A DNA stretch of 64,000 bases, taken from an uncultured archaeon. GTDB lineage: Archaea > Thermoplasmatota > Penumbrarchaeia > JASLWR01. The first letter of the stretch is position 1. Every line of letters starts with the position of its first letter. The DNA lies in contig CAYFHS010000008.1 in NCBI GenBank assembly GCA_964342815.1, forward strand, positions 68,813-132,812, written 5' to 3'. The notes beneath the pieces were generated by a model. That model saw nothing but the letters and a program-made list of their open reading frames with translations, did not search any database and was not told where the DNA came from. The position numbers were made by a program, and so were the translations under genes. This document shows, piece after piece, positions 42,748-53,348 of this stretch.

Positions 42748-43176
42748 ATGTTAAATGAGGGAAGCCTGGAAAGTGTTCCAGCAGAGAATGAAATAATCTA
42801 CGATATATTGATAGTGGATGATGAGAGACCGGTGAGTAAAGCTCTTGAGCGGACATTCAAACGGAATGATCTTTTCAAAACAAATATCACGTTGGCAAAT
42901 GATGCGGCGTCCGCACTTCGCGAACTCGAACGTAATAAATTCGATCTGGTGATATCGGATTTCAAAATGCCCGGAATGAACGGTATTGAGCTCCTTGTGA
43001 AGGTAATGGAAACATTCCCGGAAACTGTTAGAATTCTCATAACCGGTTTTTCAGATATCAATGTGGCGACGGAAGCAACAAAAAGGGCAAAAGTCCACGA
43101 ATACATAGAAAAACCCTGGGACAATGATATGATGATAAAAACAATCCACAGGGCATTGGTCAAAGATTTGAAATGA
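42748..43176 (+). CDS. Stand-alone receiver domain protein
   Basis: LIVDDE, ISDFKMP, LITGF, YIEKPW. Confidence 0.9.
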   Translation: MLNEGSLESVPAENEIIYDILIVDDERPVSKALERTFKRNDLFKTNITLANDAASALRELERNKFDLVISDFKMPGMNGIELLVKVMETFPETVRILITGFSDINVATEATKRAKVHEYIEKPWDNDMMIKTIHRALVKDLK

Positions 43177-43278
43177 TATCGTAATATATTAAATCATTAT
43201 CCATTCAGCTTTTGGAACTTCGTATTGGATTACACAGACAGTTCACGAAAAAAATCATCGCAATAAGGAGGTGCCATT

Positions 43279-44427
43279 ATGGTCAGAAGCGGGCAAAAAA
43301 AACCTGAACAAATATACCGAATCCTCATAGTTGACGATGACAAGTCGGTCCGGAGAGCTCTTGCAAGGTCCCTGAACCGATCGAATCGTTTCCAGAGTGA
43401 TATTACCACAGCTGGCGACGGAGATACGGCACTGTTTGAACTCAGGAGTAAAAAATTCGATCTTGTGATATCGGATTACCAGATGCCAGGTATGGATGGA
43501 ATAACTCTGCTTAGTGAGATAAAAAATAGCTATCCCGAGCTGATCAGGATTCTTATCACCGGCCATTCCTCTCCAATTGTGGAAAAGGGAGCAATTGACC
43601 AGGCAGAAATACATTTCTACCTCAAGAAACCCTGGGACGATATCGAACTCACTACGATAATGCATTATGCTATCGAGCGTGCTCGGCTGGAGAAGAAACT
43701 AAGGCGGTATACAAGGAATCTGGAGAAAGAAGTTCAACTTAGACTGAAAGAACTTATGCAAGCGGAAAAATTGGCATCCATAGGGCAGCTGGTGGCAGGT
43801 ATCGCCCACGAGATTAACTCGCCGCTTACCGTTATATCGCTCTATTCCCAGATGTTGGAGTCAATAATTACCGGGGTGAAACCAAAACAATATATTGAAG
43901 TGATCAACAGCCATGTTGGCGCGGTGTCCAAAATAGTGTCTGGCCTGCTGGATTTTTCGCGCACATCTACAATAGAGCGAGTAAACATTGACCTTAATGA
44001 GAGCGTCCTGAAGGTCACTGACGTTCTAAAGCATCAACTGGAACTGTCACGGATATCTCTGGACATTGACCTCTGTTACCCGATAGAACTTGTACTTGCG
44101 GACCCGGATCGTTTGCAGCAGGTGATAATGAATATCATAATCAATGCACACTATTCAATAGGAAAGGGGGGGAAGATATCTATCAGCACCCATTCAAATG
44201 ATGATGAATCAATAAAGTTGATAATTGCAGATACTGGGAAAGGAATAGCCAGAAAATATCACGAAAAGATATTCGAACCGTTCTTCACAACCAAAAGCAC
44301 AGGAGGAACGGGATTGGGATTATCCATCTCAAGAGATATCATCAGTTCTCATAACGGCACCATTAAGCTCGATAGTGTTGAGGGGGAGGGAGCCACCTTT
44401 ACGATCACACTACCCATTAACAGATAG
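43279..44427 (+). CDS. Hybrid receiver-histidine kinase
   Basis: Receiver (LIVDDD, SDYQMP, KPW) + AHEINSP + N, DTGKG, FTTK and GTGLGL boxes. Confidence 0.92.
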   Translation: MVRSGQKKPEQIYRILIVDDDKSVRRALARSLNRSNRFQSDITTAGDGDTALFELRSKKFDLVISDYQMPGMDGITLLSEIKNSYPELIRILITGHSSPIVEKGAIDQAEIHFYLKKPWDDIELTTIMHYAIERARLEKKLRRYTRNLEKEVQLRLKELMQAEKLASIGQLVAGIAHEINSPLTVISLYSQMLESIITGVKPKQYIEVINSHVGAVSKIVSGLLDFSRTSTIERVNIDLNESVLKVTDVLKHQLELSRISLDIDLCYPIELVLADPDRLQQVIMNIIINAHYSIGKGGKISISTHSNDDESIKLIIADTGKGIARKYHEKIFEPFFTTKSTGGTGLGLSISRDIISSHNGTIKLDSVEGEGATFTITLPINR

Positions 44428-44675
44428 GCAGCGATATTCCCGAATTCCATAGTTTTTTTTCCAATATGATAAATAAAATTCTGCGGTAAATCCGCAGTCG
44501 AGGTAAAAATTATCATGTGAAAGGTAAAAATCATACACCATAACAAATATATAATAGTAAAACAAGTGTTCCACTTTTCTCTTATATTCTCAAGTTATTA
44601 ATCATTGTGTTCAGTAATATTATCAATTGATATGATAGAGAATATCTGAATAATAAATAATGGTGAAAAGAGAAC

Positions 44676-44762
44676 ATGCAATTAAAACGCGAGGATATCC
44701 CGTTGATCATAGGATCGATCATCTCCATCGCCCTTATAATTCTCATGATCGCCTATGGATGA
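44676..44762 (+). CDS. Possible 28-aa single-TM peptide
   Basis: MQLKREDIPLIIGSIISIALIILMIAYG, with GGTGA shortly upstream of the ATG. Not in the ORF track. Confidence 0.3.
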   Translation: MQLKREDIPLIIGSIISIALIILMIAYG

Positions 44763-44798
44763 CAGTTAAAGCTCAATACCATACATTGGTTTTTTCCA

Positions 44799-44828
44799 GG
44801 AGAGGATATTTCCCCCAATATCCTCTCC
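44799..44828. terminator. Perfect 12-bp hairpin, possible terminator or regulatory element
   Basis: GGAGAGGATATT-tccccc-AATATCCTCTCC. Confidence 0.35.
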
Positions 44829-44985
44829 GTATTATTATCTGAAAATTTCGCTTTTAATTGTCTTTCATGCAATTGTTAATTTAGATGGACATCATTTGCC
44901 AGACTGTTGCTTGGCTTTGTTATGTTTGGATATATTGAGACATCTATATTGAGGTTCTCAAATCATGATCAGGGAGGTTCAATGA

Positions 44986-47091
44986 ATGAAATCAGTGGAA
45001 CGCTCCATCAATAATCCGCGTCTTGTCGAGGTCCTGAAAGTATTACAAGAGCTTTCGAAGGGGAATCTTACCGCCAGAGGGACTACTTCGGACCTAAATG
45101 ATGATATAGACGCGATCATCTCAGGATTGAACCTGCTTGGGGAAGAGCTTCAGTTAAAAAACAACGAGAGAGATGGAATGGCAGCTGAATTGTACAAGGA
45201 AAAAACCACTCTCGATAACATAATACATCACAACCCCTACAGCATGTCCATTTATGATGCCGAGGGACATTTCCTCAGGGGAAATCAGGCCCACAAGAAC
45301 CTCTTCGGATCGATCCCGCCTAGTGAATATTCGATTTTCAATGATCCAATACTCAAGAGGGAAGGACTGCAGGAATTAATACTCACCTTTAGAGAAGGAA
45401 AAATGATCAAGGACCCCATAGAGATTTGGTATAATGCTCACGAAATAGATGAAAGCAAACCAAACAAGAATGTATGTACCAGCGGAGTGGCCTTTCCGAT
45501 ACTGGACCCCGACGGCAAGATGGAGAATGTTGTTGTCATTCACGAGGATATTACAGAACGAAAACGGGTAGATGAGGCCCGTCTCGAGAGCGAAGAGCGT
45601 TATCGTGTACTGGTTGAAACGCTTCAGGAGGGGCTCGGTATCGTAGACCAAAACGAGAACATCTTTTTTGCCAACCCAGCCTTTTGCCGTATCCTCGGCT
45701 ATTCCAGGGATGAATTGATCGGTATGAACCTTCAAGAAATCGTTTCCCATGACGAATTCGCCAGTGTAATCAGGGAAACCGAGACCCGTAAACTGGGTAA
45801 ATCCAGCAAGTACGAATTGAAAATGAGGCGAAAGGACGGTGAGCTAAGGAACATTCTTATAAATGCCGCTCCATGGAAAGACATCAGAGGCGATTTCAAG
45901 GGTACCTTAGGGCTTATTCTGGATGTCACGGACAGCAAAGAGGCAATAGAGGCTTTGGAAAGAAGTGAGAGGCAGGCATCGGCGGCTATCGAAGCTGCAA
46001 GAGCATTGACCTTCAACTACGATATCGCCACCGGTAAGATAATCTGGGGCGGTGCCATAGAGGAGATCACCGGATATACACCCGAAGAATTCACATCAAT
46101 GGAAATTGATGGATGGGCGGAAAGGATACACCCGGACGACAGGGATAACGTTTTGGAAATTCTCGCAGATGCTGTCCACAAAGAAGACCGTGCAACTGCG
46201 GAATATAGATTTCGAACAAGAAAGGGCTATGTCACGCTGTCCTCGGTAAGTTTAACTGAAAAAGAGAATGGAAGAGCGGTCCGCCTGGTGGGGATCCTTC
46301 GGGATATTACCGAGCGCAAGAAGATGGAAGAGAAACTGAAAATATATTCGAGATCTCTCGAAGAGGAGGTGGAACGCAGGACAAAGCAGTTGCTGCAGAC
46401 AAAGAAACTGGCTTCCATCGGGCAGCTTGTGGCTGGAATAGCCCACGAGATCAATTCACCTCTGGCTGTTATCTCGCTTTACACTGAATTGATTGAAAAA
46501 GCAATTGATAATGAAACCTCGTTTTCGACCCAGAAAAAAGAAGAACTGAAAAGTGAATATCTCGATATAATTATCTCTCATGTGAATTCCGCCTCTAAAA
46601 TTGTATCGGGGCTACTGGACTTCACTCGAATCTCTAGGATGGAACGAATGAATATAGACATCAACGAGATAATACTTAAGGTTATTAACGTTGTCAAACA
46701 TCAGTTCGATCTGGTCAATATAAACATAGAGCTGAATCTCGATCGATCTCTTCCCATGCTCTCATTGGACCCTTCCCAGATCCAGCAGGTAATGATGAAT
46801 ATAATTTTGAATACCTATAACGCCATAGGTAAGAATGGAACCATATCCATTCTTACCGAAAAGTATAATCGGGGAAAAATACTGGTTAAAATCAGCGATA
46901 ACGGCAGTGGAATAGCTCTGGACGCACAAGACAAGGTATTCGAGCCCTTTTACACAACCAGTACAAGCGGCGGAACCGGGCTCGGATTATCTATCACCAA
47001 AGAAATAGTCGAGTCACACGGAGGAGAGATAGACTTCGAGAGTAGCGAGGGGGAAGGGACCGCTTTTTTCATTAGACTCCCGGTAGAATAA
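44986..47091 (+). CDS. PAS-domain sensor histidine kinase with an N-terminal HAMP-like segment
   Basis: Three PAS-like domains (HPDD), AHEINSP, DNGSG, GTGLGL; the kinase core closely parallels that of 43279-44427. Confidence 0.92.
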   Translation: MKSVERSINNPRLVEVLKVLQELSKGNLTARGTTSDLNDDIDAIISGLNLLGEELQLKNNERDGMAAELYKEKTTLDNIIHHNPYSMSIYDAEGHFLRGNQAHKNLFGSIPPSEYSIFNDPILKREGLQELILTFREGKMIKDPIEIWYNAHEIDESKPNKNVCTSGVAFPILDPDGKMENVVVIHEDITERKRVDEARLESEERYRVLVETLQEGLGIVDQNENIFFANPAFCRILGYSRDELIGMNLQEIVSHDEFASVIRETETRKLGKSSKYELKMRRKDGELRNILINAAPWKDIRGDFKGTLGLILDVTDSKEAIEALERSERQASAAIEAARALTFNYDIATGKIIWGGAIEEITGYTPEEFTSMEIDGWAERIHPDDRDNVLEILADAVHKEDRATAEYRFRTRKGYVTLSSVSLTEKENGRAVRLVGILRDITERKKMEEKLKIYSRSLEEEVERRTKQLLQTKKLASIGQLVAGIAHEINSPLAVISLYTELIEKAIDNETSFSTQKKEELKSEYLDIIISHVNSASKIVSGLLDFTRISRMERMNIDINEIILKVINVVKHQFDLVNINIELNLDRSLPMLSLDPSQIQQVMMNIILNTYNAIGKNGTISILTEKYNRGKILVKISDNGSGIALDAQDKVFEPFYTTSTSGGTGLGLSITKEIVESHGGEIDFESSEGEGTAFFIRLPVE

Positions 47092-47286
47092 AAATTCACG
47101 ATGTAAAAAGAAATCAAAGAAATGTAAAAAATTTTTAACATACCATTTATATACTTGTAAAAAAAAGGTACCAATCTATTATTAATAAAAGAAACGTATC
47201 TCGTGTTAATCTTTCACTAATACAACTTAATACAACCTAAATTATATGGGATGAAGTTTCATTAGGAAAAAATTCATAAACGTATT

Positions 47287-49002
47287 ATGAGGAATGAAGG
47301 CAGAGCGATGAAATATCAAAAGATATGGGCCATGAACTGTGCGATCGGCATTTTGGGGATTTCAATAGCATCAGTAGGGGTCTGGATCGGATATTTTCTG
47401 GGTGCAGTTCTTTGTGCACTGGGAAGCGGGATCGCGGTGGGAGCAGTCGCCAGACATCCTCTGGTCAGCGGGATCCTTGGCTTTGCGGCTGGGGGCATTT
47501 CTGGATATTTTTGTTACGAATATGTTGGTGGAGTTATTGGGATTCTTCTTGGAGCAATAATTGGTGCCAGCCTCGGAGGAATTCTGGGGAAATGGTCCAA
47601 TAAGAAGAAAGCTAGGATTGATCGGGCGCTCGAAGGAGCTTCAGCAGTACTTGAAAAGAACCAAAAAAAGACCCTGAAAATGAATAAAGAGATAGAAAGC
47701 ATGATGAATGTTTCAGGACCTTATATCAAGAATACAAAATGGTACCGAAAAGAGTATAAATACATTCAAGAGCGTTTGAAAGAGGTTCATTACAACCCGC
47801 ACAACCCACATTCCATGGATAACGCATCTACTTCGTACCGAATTATAAGGGGAGATCTAAACAGATTGAAACACAGCATTAACAAATACCTGGATATTGG
47901 TAAGGGAAGTATAAGGAAATCGGGGTCCGGTGTAAAAAAAGATTCAGATGACAAAGGCTACTCTGACTCGGTTTTCATGGCATTAGATCCGAAGAGGTAT
48001 TCGGAGACATTTGGTAAGGTGGTCCCCCGCAAGACCAATGGTAATGTTGAATCTGAGGAGCTTTTGGTCTTTAATGAAGAAACAGTTTACAAGGATGAAG
48101 CGCAAAAGGAGAAATGGATAAAGCGTTCTACAGGATACATCCGTTCCTTAAAACGGAGGATAGGCCATGCAGTTCGTCCGGAAATGAAAAGGGCTGTTAG
48201 CGGGTATAAATTGGAAGAGCTTGTAAATTCCGGTTCTTTTGCAGATGTATACTTCGGAAAGGATCGAGACGGCAGCAGCATAGTGGTGAAAGTTCCCACC
48301 ATCGAGAAGGGAAAGAAATGGAACTTATTGACCATGGCCGAGTTCAAATCCGATACCAAGAAATGGAAAGATCTTGATCATGAAAATATAGTGAATTTAA
48401 AGAAGAGCGGTTTCAGTCCTGCGCCATATGTTGCCATGGAAAGGGTCGAAGGCGGGGACCTAGGCGGCCTTATGAAGGCACATACATTCTCCATGGATGA
48501 GGCAATTCACATCATTGGCCAGCTATTGAAAGGATTGTCCTATGCTCACAAGAAGGATGTGATTCACCGGGACCTCAAACCCGAGAATATATTATTCGAC
48601 GTGAAAGGAACAGCGAAAATCTCAGACTGGAGCCTGGACAGTTTTCTTATATCCCTGAATCCCAATAAGATCCTGGGGAATAAAAGAAGGCTTGCATACT
48701 GCGCTCCCGAACAGCTGCGTCCAAAGGAATTCGGGAAACCCGGAAGAGCCACGGACATTTTCCGATTGGGTGTGATTTTCTACGAAATATTGACAAAAAA
48801 GACACCCTTCTATGACGATGATGAGAAAATTATTCGCAGCAATATCATCAACGAGGAGCCACTGCCTCCCAGTGATCTGAATCCCGAGGTTCCCAAAGAA
48901 CTCGATTCCATTATAATGCGCTCGCTCGAGAAGCAAAAGAGCATGAGATGGAACAGCGCGGAAGAGATGTACAAAAAACTTTCAGAGTTGATGAATGATT
49001 AA
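47287..49002 (+). CDS. Membrane-anchored Hanks-type Ser/Thr protein kinase
   Basis: Gly-rich TM N-terminus; VVKVP, HRDLKPEN, DWS (DFG position), YCAPE, DIFRLG. Confidence 0.88.
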   Translation: MRNEGRAMKYQKIWAMNCAIGILGISIASVGVWIGYFLGAVLCALGSGIAVGAVARHPLVSGILGFAAGGISGYFCYEYVGGVIGILLGAIIGASLGGILGKWSNKKKARIDRALEGASAVLEKNQKKTLKMNKEIESMMNVSGPYIKNTKWYRKEYKYIQERLKEVHYNPHNPHSMDNASTSYRIIRGDLNRLKHSINKYLDIGKGSIRKSGSGVKKDSDDKGYSDSVFMALDPKRYSETFGKVVPRKTNGNVESEELLVFNEETVYKDEAQKEKWIKRSTGYIRSLKRRIGHAVRPEMKRAVSGYKLEELVNSGSFADVYFGKDRDGSSIVVKVPTIEKGKKWNLLTMAEFKSDTKKWKDLDHENIVNLKKSGFSPAPYVAMERVEGGDLGGLMKAHTFSMDEAIHIIGQLLKGLSYAHKKDVIHRDLKPENILFDVKGTAKISDWSLDSFLISLNPNKILGNKRRLAYCAPEQLRPKEFGKPGRATDIFRLGVIFYEILTKKTPFYDDDEKIIRSNIINEEPLPPSDLNPEVPKELDSIIMRSLEKQKSMRWNSAEEMYKKLSELMND

Positions 49003-49547
49003 TAATATTTAATACGGATTAAAACTCCAAGCAGCATGACCGCCGTCAGTAATAAGGCAATTTCAAATCCCGGGGAGTCATCGTCCGTATTCTTATCGGT
49101 ATCATTATCCGATGCTGAATCATCATCATCGGGGTCGTCATCATCATCTGTCACGTTATCTTCATATCCGGGAAGACCCTCGATTTTCACGAAATCCGTT
49201 TGCTTGGATTCTCCCTGGCCGTTCTCACCCTTTACCATATATTGATAATACTCGTACTCCGCCTCAAAATCCGAGAAAGTTCCCCTGTACTGATCCACAC
49301 CGATGGATTCCATTTCAACCTCAACCGGAAGATAACAAGAAAGTCCGCTGCATGCCTGAATATATAGAAAAACCTTGGTGACGTTCTCACCGGTTACAGT
49401 CACCGTTACGGTTATTTCGGCGTCTGTTGCGGATTCGCCGGTTATACTTATCTCGGGAGTATCTATCACAGGTTTTTCTCCTTTGACCGCGGCTGGAACA
49501 GCCAGCATGATAAGCGCCAAAAGGCATACAAATAACTGATAACGCAT
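48999..49547 (-). CDS. Secreted protein with a PGF-CTERM archaeosortase signal
   Basis: Signal peptide, acidic linker, SPGFEIALLLTAVMLLGVLIRIK. Confidence 0.8.
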   Translation of the reverse strand: MRYQLFVCLLALIMLAVPAAVKGEKPVIDTPEISITGESATDAEITVTVTVTGENVTKVFLYIQACSGLSCYLPVEVEMESIGVDQYRGTFSDFEAEYEYYQYMVKGENGQGESKQTDFVKIEGLPGYEDNVTDDDDDPDDDDSASDNDTDKNTDDDSPGFEIALLLTAVMLLGVLIRIKYY

Positions 49548-49566
49548 AATAATTCACCTTTTCGAT

Positions 49567-50160
49567 CTATTCTATTACCCCTCCATAGAAAAGCCTTACC
49601 GTGAGCTTTCCAGTTATCCTAGCCTCGTTCTTCAATATAACACAGTAGCGTTCAACGGTGACCATGTCTCTCGAGACCCCGGTAGCAGTAGAGCCAAAAC
49701 TGGATGTAATGATGTCATTTTCAGATTCCACGGTAATGTTTGCATGAAGGTTGTTCTTGAGCGAAAATATCTTTGCGAAGGTATTAAAATCCACATTCAT
49801 CTCGAGTGCTGTGATCTTATCGTATGCCAACACACCATAGCTATTGTTCTCAGCGGCGAGACCCAGAGACACCAGTTCAAGGTGGGGCACATGGTTGAGA
49901 TCGTTGTAATTGTAGGTTTCCCATTCATTCGTTCCGCCGTTCTGGAGGGTTTCACCTTTCAGCCATCCTGTGTTTCCCATCATGGATTCCGAGAGAATCA
50001 GGCACTTTTCCTCAAGGTGCGTGGTCTCGGTATTATAACCGGGAAAGAGAGTCCCCAGTGAGGTGAAATAGACGGAGAGTACCAGCACGAACACCGTAAA
50101 AGCGAACAGGTATTCCAGTACAGGAGCAACACCGCTGTCATCGCGCTTCAATCTCATCAT
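49567..50160 (-). CDS. Archaeal type IV pilin-like protein (class III signal peptide)
   Basis: MMRLKRDDSG/VAPVLEYLFAFTVFVLVL. Start reassigned to 50160. Confidence 0.6.
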   Translation of the reverse strand: MMRLKRDDSGVAPVLEYLFAFTVFVLVLSVYFTSLGTLFPGYNTETTHLEEKCLILSESMMGNTGWLKGETLQNGGTNEWETYNYNDLNHVPHLELVSLGLAAENNSYGVLAYDKITALEMNVDFNTFAKIFSLKNNLHANITVESENDIITSSFGSTATGVSRDMVTVERYCVILKNEARITGKLTVRLFYGGVIE

Positions 50161-50312
50161 GATATCGTTTTCCCGGAGCTGGGTGATTTTGGGACCCGAC
50201 CGTATATCAAATACTGTCATATATTTATTTTAAGATTTTTATCTTTTAAGGGGAAAAAAAAAATTATTCCCCCAGACTTTTTGAACCCTGGGGGATATCG
50301 AATGATGGAGCA

Positions 50313-53063
50313 TCAGTCCTTACGTTTCCGCCTCAATGCAGCCAAACCAATAACGGCTATTGCCAGGACGGCAAAGGTAAGCTCGAATCCGGGTGTCTTC
50401 TCTTTCACCGGTTTTATGATATCGATTGGATAGACCGAAGCTTCGTCTGACAAGTCGTTTACGGCGCCGTCGTCATCCTTCACCATCAGTTCGATCTTAT
50501 GTGATCCGTAAGTAGTGAAAGTGTACTTGATCTCATCGGCATTTTCGTCCTGGACCACGCCATCGATGGTCCATTCATAGAAAACAACAATACCATCCTT
50601 ATCAATGGATTCCGAAGCAAAGGTATATTCCGTATTGATTTTCCAGTCAGGATCCGGGAGGGGTCGGATCTTTGCCTCCGGTTTCCTGTTATTGATCGGT
50701 ACCACTTTCGTAGTCACCACGCTGCTGTCGCCGCGATCGTCCACAACTGTTAGAGATACCGTGTACTGAGCGCCGTCTGCATACCTGTGTGTTGGATTCT
50801 TTTCAGTGCTGTTGTTGCCGTCACCAAAGTCCCATATATATTTCACAACCGCGCCGCCAGTGTCGTTATCGGGATCGAATGAAGTTTCGCCTTTGAACTG
50901 CACCTCGTCATAGGTGTCATGGGTGGTAATACCCGTTGGAAGGATGACCTCTATTACAGCGACGGGTATGCTGTTGGGGGCAAGCACTATCACCATGAGA
51001 TCATCCCGGCTTATCTGCCCTCTGGGATCTGTAACAGTAAGGCGAACTGTATATTCGTCGGGTCCAGAATAGCTGTGGTTTGCATAGGGACTGTTCGATA
51101 GCACCGAGCTTTGGTTATCTCCGAAATCCCATTTATACGTGCAGTTATCAATCTCGATTCCGTCGATTATTCCGTTTCCATTGGTATCATCATTCGGATC
51201 ATAGGAACCCGAACCATCGAACATCACAGAATCCTCCGTAGATATGTCTTCCGGACCTGGTTTTTCCGTTCCCTGATCATCACCGGCAGCGGCTTCGGGG
51301 GGGACGTCGATTATAACATAAAAGTTGACATTCCTTTCAATCTCACCGTCGGATACAATTATTGCGATTGAATACTGATTGTTTGGACCAGCTTCAGTGT
51401 AATTGTACTTATAAATTACATCGTTATCGTACCGGATAATTGCACCGAGACCATCCTTGAAATCTACTTTGACCTGGATAGAATAATGTGTACCAGAATT
51501 GAAACCCGGGAGCATGTCCGGATCGTAACAATTGGTAAAATCGAAGGTTACCTCTTCACCCACTATTACCATTATGCGATCTTCTTCCGGGTAGTTTACT
51601 TTCAGGAAATCAGTGGATACTGTGAAATTAATGACTGGCCCATCGTTTTCCTTGATGGTCAAGACCATCTCCTTCAATCCGGTCAAAGTATCGGGGTGAT
51701 CCTCTGGCCCGTCCAACGCTGCGACCTTCACCGTGTAGGTCCCCGGTTCATCGTAAACGTGCTTTGCAATACCCAATTTGGTAGCATTGGTATCCCATAC
51801 ACCATCGCCATCATAATCCCACTTGTAGTAGATCACGTCAAGATTCAGTGTCGCATGACCGTCCGGATCGGTGGCGTAGGCGGAAAGCTCGACTTCAGTA
51901 TTGACGAGAGCGGGATTCGGCTCAATGAGGAAAGTCTCTATATCAGGTGTGACACCCGGGTATTTTGATATGTTTATCCAGTGATCGGCCCATCCCACCC
52001 TGCCGTTAGCGTCCGTTACCCAGAGCTGTATCCAATAAACTCCTGGATAATAATATTTATGACCCTGCTGCTTGCACCAATTGTGATTGGTACACTTTGA
52101 AGTCGCCCCGGTGCCAGTGTGCCCGTCCCCGAAATCCCACATATATGAGGTTATATCCGTTCCAATTGGACTATAGGAATCCGATGCAATCAGATCGATG
52201 CTGTAGTTTGCCACGTAATGACCGTAGTGCGGAGAAGTGGGATCCTCGGGAGGTTCTACCCACCAGTCCATGGGATCCTGGTCGTCATCGGGTCCAATTA
52301 CCGCCACAGGGTTCAGGTTTGGCCACTTGAAGGGTAATGCAACCCAGCTCTCTTTCAATGGTGTGAACGCACCGCAGTATATGGTCATCCAATCCTCGTT
52401 AACGGCCGTCCCCGGATTATCGGTAATACCATCCTCACGCCAGAATGCCATCTGAATCTTGCCGTTCACCATGTTGCCGGGAGCCCCGTTGGAATATCCT
52501 GTGAACTGTGCCCGGACCTTCTCTTCTCTGTGTTGATTGTCATTCGCAGCCTGATCCCATTGGGTGGTGTAGGGGTTAAAAAGAGCCTTGGTCTCATATG
52601 TACCATCACCGTTCGAATCGAACCTGACCTCGAATTTCAGCACCTTTCCAGGAACATAATTGGTGTTTACCGTCAAGTTCACAAAGGGGGTAATTCCAGC
52701 TTCATATGAGGCCGTGAGGCCATCCAGGGGATATTTGTTGTCCTGGGAATGCATCCACGGGAAATCAAATACCATTGCCGAGTTGGGGCCGTTATATGTG
52801 CTGTTCAGGTTGGCAAGGTTATAATTGTTGGTACCACCGGTAGATGGTTTCATATCCGAAAGATGCCAAATCTTTTTATCCTTGTGCCAAGAATACATAA
52901 AATAGACATTATTCTTCATACCTTCTTTAACGTAATAATCATAGGGAGAATCCACTATATAGCGCGTATTCTCTTTTGCTGTCGTTCTGTTGCTGACTAC
53001 CATGATTATGCTTGTAGCAACTAATGTACTTATCATCAAGACCGCGATCAACTTCTTGTTCAT
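50313..53063 (-). CDS. Cell-surface multi-PKD-domain protein with PGF-CTERM
   Basis: Signal peptide; repeated WDFGDG/WDYDGDG...Y...G.YTV PKD motifs; KTPGFELTFAVLAIAVIGLAALRRKRK. Confidence 0.88.
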   Translation of the reverse strand: MNKKLIAVLMISTLVATSIIMVVSNRTTAKENTRYIVDSPYDYYVKEGMKNNVYFMYSWHKDKKIWHLSDMKPSTGGTNNYNLANLNSTYNGPNSAMVFDFPWMHSQDNKYPLDGLTASYEAGITPFVNLTVNTNYVPGKVLKFEVRFDSNGDGTYETKALFNPYTTQWDQAANDNQHREEKVRAQFTGYSNGAPGNMVNGKIQMAFWREDGITDNPGTAVNEDWMTIYCGAFTPLKESWVALPFKWPNLNPVAVIGPDDDQDPMDWWVEPPEDPTSPHYGHYVANYSIDLIASDSYSPIGTDITSYMWDFGDGHTGTGATSKCTNHNWCKQQGHKYYYPGVYWIQLWVTDANGRVGWADHWINISKYPGVTPDIETFLIEPNPALVNTEVELSAYATDPDGHATLNLDVIYYKWDYDGDGVWDTNATKLGIAKHVYDEPGTYTVKVAALDGPEDHPDTLTGLKEMVLTIKENDGPVINFTVSTDFLKVNYPEEDRIMVIVGEEVTFDFTNCYDPDMLPGFNSGTHYSIQVKVDFKDGLGAIIRYDNDVIYKYNYTEAGPNNQYSIAIIVSDGEIERNVNFYVIIDVPPEAAAGDDQGTEKPGPEDISTEDSVMFDGSGSYDPNDDTNGNGIIDGIEIDNCTYKWDFGDNQSSVLSNSPYANHSYSGPDEYTVRLTVTDPRGQISRDDLMVIVLAPNSIPVAVIEVILPTGITTHDTYDEVQFKGETSFDPDNDTGGAVVKYIWDFGDGNNSTEKNPTHRYADGAQYTVSLTVVDDRGDSSVVTTKVVPINNRKPEAKIRPLPDPDWKINTEYTFASESIDKDGIVVFYEWTIDGVVQDENADEIKYTFTTYGSHKIELMVKDDDGAVNDLSDEASVYPIDIIKPVKEKTPGFELTFAVLAIAVIGLAALRRKRKD

Positions 53064-53348
53064 ACTTTTCCTCCGTTCGCTCTATTATACGGGAAAATAT
53101 CAAATGGTTATTTCCCTGTTTTATTATAAACATTTTGACCAGTTTTCAACTCTCGATTCATTTGTATCGGGGAAATTCCGATTTCCATGAGCATGATTCA
53201 TACAAGAATACAGGGTTTTATAGATAAGTTGTTCATGAACGTTGTTGATACTTTATTCAGCGGAATCTGTCCCTTCAGGCCACGATTCCGCGAACATCGT
53301 CAATCTGCGAACCTCGACTTTTTGTCGAGTTTCACACAATGGACAATA

